A stretch of 64,000 bases of DNA from Ignavibacteriota bacterium (GTDB lineage Bacteria > Bacteroidota > Ignavibacteria > UBA10030 > UBA6906). The stretch lies in the NCBI GenBank assembly GCA_963801355.1, contig CAWDEM010000004.1:896001-960000 (forward strand), read 5' to 3'. The notes under the pieces were generated by a model that had not been told where the DNA came from, searched no databases, and saw only the letters and a program-made list of their open reading frames with translations. Position numbers and translations under genes: made by a program. Positions 57,621 to 64,000 of the stretch are shown piece by piece; within the stretch, counting starts at the first letter, position 1, and every line of letters starts with the position of its first letter.

Positions 57621-57684
57621 TGAGGCAATAGGCATCAGGCACGAGGGAGAAACCCAGTGCCTCGTGCTCCGTGCCTCCTGCCTG
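57621..57684. repeat. Inverted heptamer-repeat element
   Basis: TGAGGCA ATAGGCA TCAGGCA CGAGGGA ... GTGCCTC GTGCTCC GTGCCTC CTGCCTG. Confidence 0.7.
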
Positions 57685-57697
57685 CTCTTTATCACCT

Positions 57698-58477
57698 ATG
57701 CTGCACATTCTCATATGCAACGACGACGGCATTGACGCATCCGGAATTTTTGCGCTGGTGCAGGAGATCAGGAAGATCGCGCGTGTGACCGTGGTCGCAC
57801 CCGACCGTCAGCAGAGTGCTGTGGGACACGCAATCACGATGCAGTACCCGCTGCGGGCGTTCCCCTTTCACAAGAATGGCGAGTTGTTCGGGTACGCGGT
57901 CAAAGGCACTCCGGCCGATGCGGTGAAACTCGCTGTCAAGCAGCTGGTGAAGGAACCGGTGGACATGGTTCTCTCGGGGATCAACCACGGTTCCAATACC
58001 GCAATCAATATCATGTACTCCGGTACGGTGTCAGCGGCGACCGAAGGGACGATACTCGGCATTCCCTCGATAGCCGTCTCACTCACAACCTACGGTGAGG
58101 CCGACTTCAGCCCGGCGGCCCGGTTTGCGGCACGGCTCGTGCAGTTGGTGGCCGACAAAGGGCTGCCCGCGGGAACATTGCTGAATGTCAACGTGCCCCC
58201 GCTTCCGGCAGAGAAGATCCGCGGGGTGAAGATCACGGCGCAGGGGAAATCCTCGTGGGAAGATACGTTTGATGTGCGTTGTGATCCCGCCGGCCGTGAA
58301 TATTTCTGGTTGACCGGCCACATGAACGTCACGGACACCGATCGCGACACCGACGAGGTGGCCATTGGCGAGGGGTATATTTCCGTGACGCCGATTCATT
58401 ACGATCTTACCGACAGGCGGCAATTGGGCGTGATGAGGGATTGGGACATTGCCTCATTGCTTTCCCGATCCGTGTGA
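57698..58477 (+). CDS. surE: 5'/3'-nucleotidase SurE
   Basis: ILICNDDG, VVAP..QSA, GTPAD, SGINHG, YSGT. Confidence 0.95.
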   Translation: MLHILICNDDGIDASGIFALVQEIRKIARVTVVAPDRQQSAVGHAITMQYPLRAFPFHKNGELFGYAVKGTPADAVKLAVKQLVKEPVDMVLSGINHGSNTAINIMYSGTVSAATEGTILGIPSIAVSLTTYGEADFSPAARFAARLVQLVADKGLPAGTLLNVNVPPLPAEKIRGVKITAQGKSSWEDTFDVRCDPAGREYFWLTGHMNVTDTDRDTDEVAIGEGYISVTPIHYDLTDRRQLGVMRDWDIASLLSRSV

Positions 58478-58532
58478 GGCTTCGGGGGTGCAGCAAAGGG
58501 GGGGTGTTTTCTGGGTTTGTCTGGTGGCGGAG

Positions 58533-58698
58533 TTGACATTAAGGGGGGAAAAGCTTACCATACTAACCCTTCACGGGAACCGCCAGGCAGGCCCTTAGCG
58601 TTGTTGAGTGCAGCCCATTTCGGGCACGGAATTCCACGAAATAATTCGTGTGAGAGAAACATCCGGTACTTGACATCGCGGGGAAAAGGTTGTATATT
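58533..58698 (+). promoter_or_regulatory. Tandem rRNA promoters P1/P2
   Basis: TTGACA-17-TACCAT (58533-58561) and TTGACA-17-TATATT (58670-58698), the latter followed by a GC-rich discriminator. Confidence 0.75.
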
Positions 58699-58739
58699 AA
58701 AAGCCCGCCACGATTGCGGTCTTCAAGCAAGACGAAGAA

Positions 58740-58751
58740 TGTTCTTTGAAA
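58740..58751 (+). promoter_or_regulatory. rRNA leader boxA antiterminator
   Basis: TGTTCTTTGAAA; second copy TGTTCTTTGACA at 60796-60807; AGTGTGCATAGCC (58755-58767) pairs with GGCTATGCACACT (60480-60492) as the 16S processing stem. Confidence 0.8.
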
Positions 58752-58862
58752 AACAGTGTGCATAGCCAAAGTCAATGACTCCGAGCACTCAATCTTGGCG
58801 ATCCTTTCTACTGAAAGGTAGGGAGTGAGCGCTGAGTATCAGACTCAACGGTGTAATAAACC

Positions 58863-60404
<1,542 letters not shown>

Positions 60405-60506
60405 AGTCTTATGGTGCCATCGACCCTTCACGGGGGTCGCAACGGTACCGTGAGCAGAGTCTCGAAGTCATTACACTGCGGCTATGCACACTTATTATTG
60501 TACACA

Positions 60507-60548
60507 TTGACAATTGTCAATTGTCCGTTGACAGTTGTCAGTTGTGAT
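60507..60548. repeat. Heptamer tandem repeat (TTGWCAR-like, x6) in the ITS
   Basis: TTGACAA TTGTCAA TTGTCCG TTGACAG TTGTCAG TTGTGAT directly before tRNA-Ile. Confidence 0.8.
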
Positions 60549-60622
<74 letters not shown>

Positions 60623-60675
60623 CAAACCGTCAGGTAGGGTTGCGCGAACGTGGTCGCTGGATCACCGGAGTCTAC

Positions 60676-60748
60676 GGGGCTATAGCTCAATTGGGAGAGC
60701 GCCTGGTTTGCAACCAGGAGGTTACCGGTTCGATCCCGGTTAGCTCCA
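60676..60748 (+). tRNA. tRNA-Ala(TGC)
   Basis: GGGGCTA...TAGCTCC-A acceptor stem with G3:U70, anticodon loop TTTGCAA; CCA not encoded. Confidence 0.97.
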
Positions 60749-60797
60749 CAACCAATGGACGATAGTCTATAGTCGATTGACTATGGTCAATTGGTTG
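60749..60797. repeat. Palindromic heptamer repeat in the ITS after tRNA-Ala
   Basis: ATGGACG ATAGTCT ATAGTCG ATTGACT ATGGTCA ATTGGTT, bounded by CAACCAAT/ATTGGTTG. Confidence 0.7.
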
Positions 60798-60974
60798 TTC
60801 TTTGACAAACAGGAAGAGCTGGTTCGGTGGCAACGTCGGTAGTTGTCCCGCGGTATGCGGGACGAACAAAGGCGATGCGGCCGGCCGCTGAAAGTAAACT
60901 GATCAAGAATTCTGTCAAGATGTATTCTTATTGGAGCACCTGATGTTTCTGTATCGGGATCAATAAGGATTTTT

Positions 60975-64000
<3,026 letters not shown>

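Overview
A GC-rich bacterial chromosomal window, probably from an Ignavibacteria-like member of the FCB group. This placement is an inference from a T9SS-type 'NYPNPFNP' C-terminal domain, a fused LpxC-FabZ, tandem Skp genes, sigma70-like TTGACA promoters and clear Shine-Dalgarno use. The left part (1-9.5 kb) is an accessory patch: a DUF3160-like secreted protein, a cupin, a sigma54-driven pilin-like gene, a cold-shock protein, a B12-binding radical SAM enzyme with a NarL-type regulator and a receiver-fragment ORF, a URO-D-family enzyme, and a small membrane ORF behind a textbook class II CRP-type site. A minus-strand housekeeping run follows (PBP1A, lpxH, MFS, nusB, BtuCD-like ABC, obgE, TPR). 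The main accessory feature is a 13-gene, ~16 kb GntR-led operon at 25431-41507. It encodes CblT/CblS-like alpha-ribazole salvage proteins with their own ECF module, an ADP-ribosylglycohydrolase, a secreted metallophosphoesterase, an adenosine-deaminase-family enzyme, BtuF, an HxExK-type SAH/SIH hydrolase, two BtuB-like TonB receptors and a BtuG-like beta-propeller lipoprotein. I propose that it captures cobamides and dismantles or recycles their alpha-nucleotide loop. The right part is core genome: sdhCAB, ftsX, recR/ybaB, the uppS-bamA-skp-skp-lpxD-lpxC/fabZ-lpxA-ligase-panB-surE operon, and an rRNA operon (16S, tRNA-Ile, tRNA-Ala, 23S running off the end). No CRISPR array or transposase was seen. 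All family calls come from reading motifs by eye; no database searches were run.
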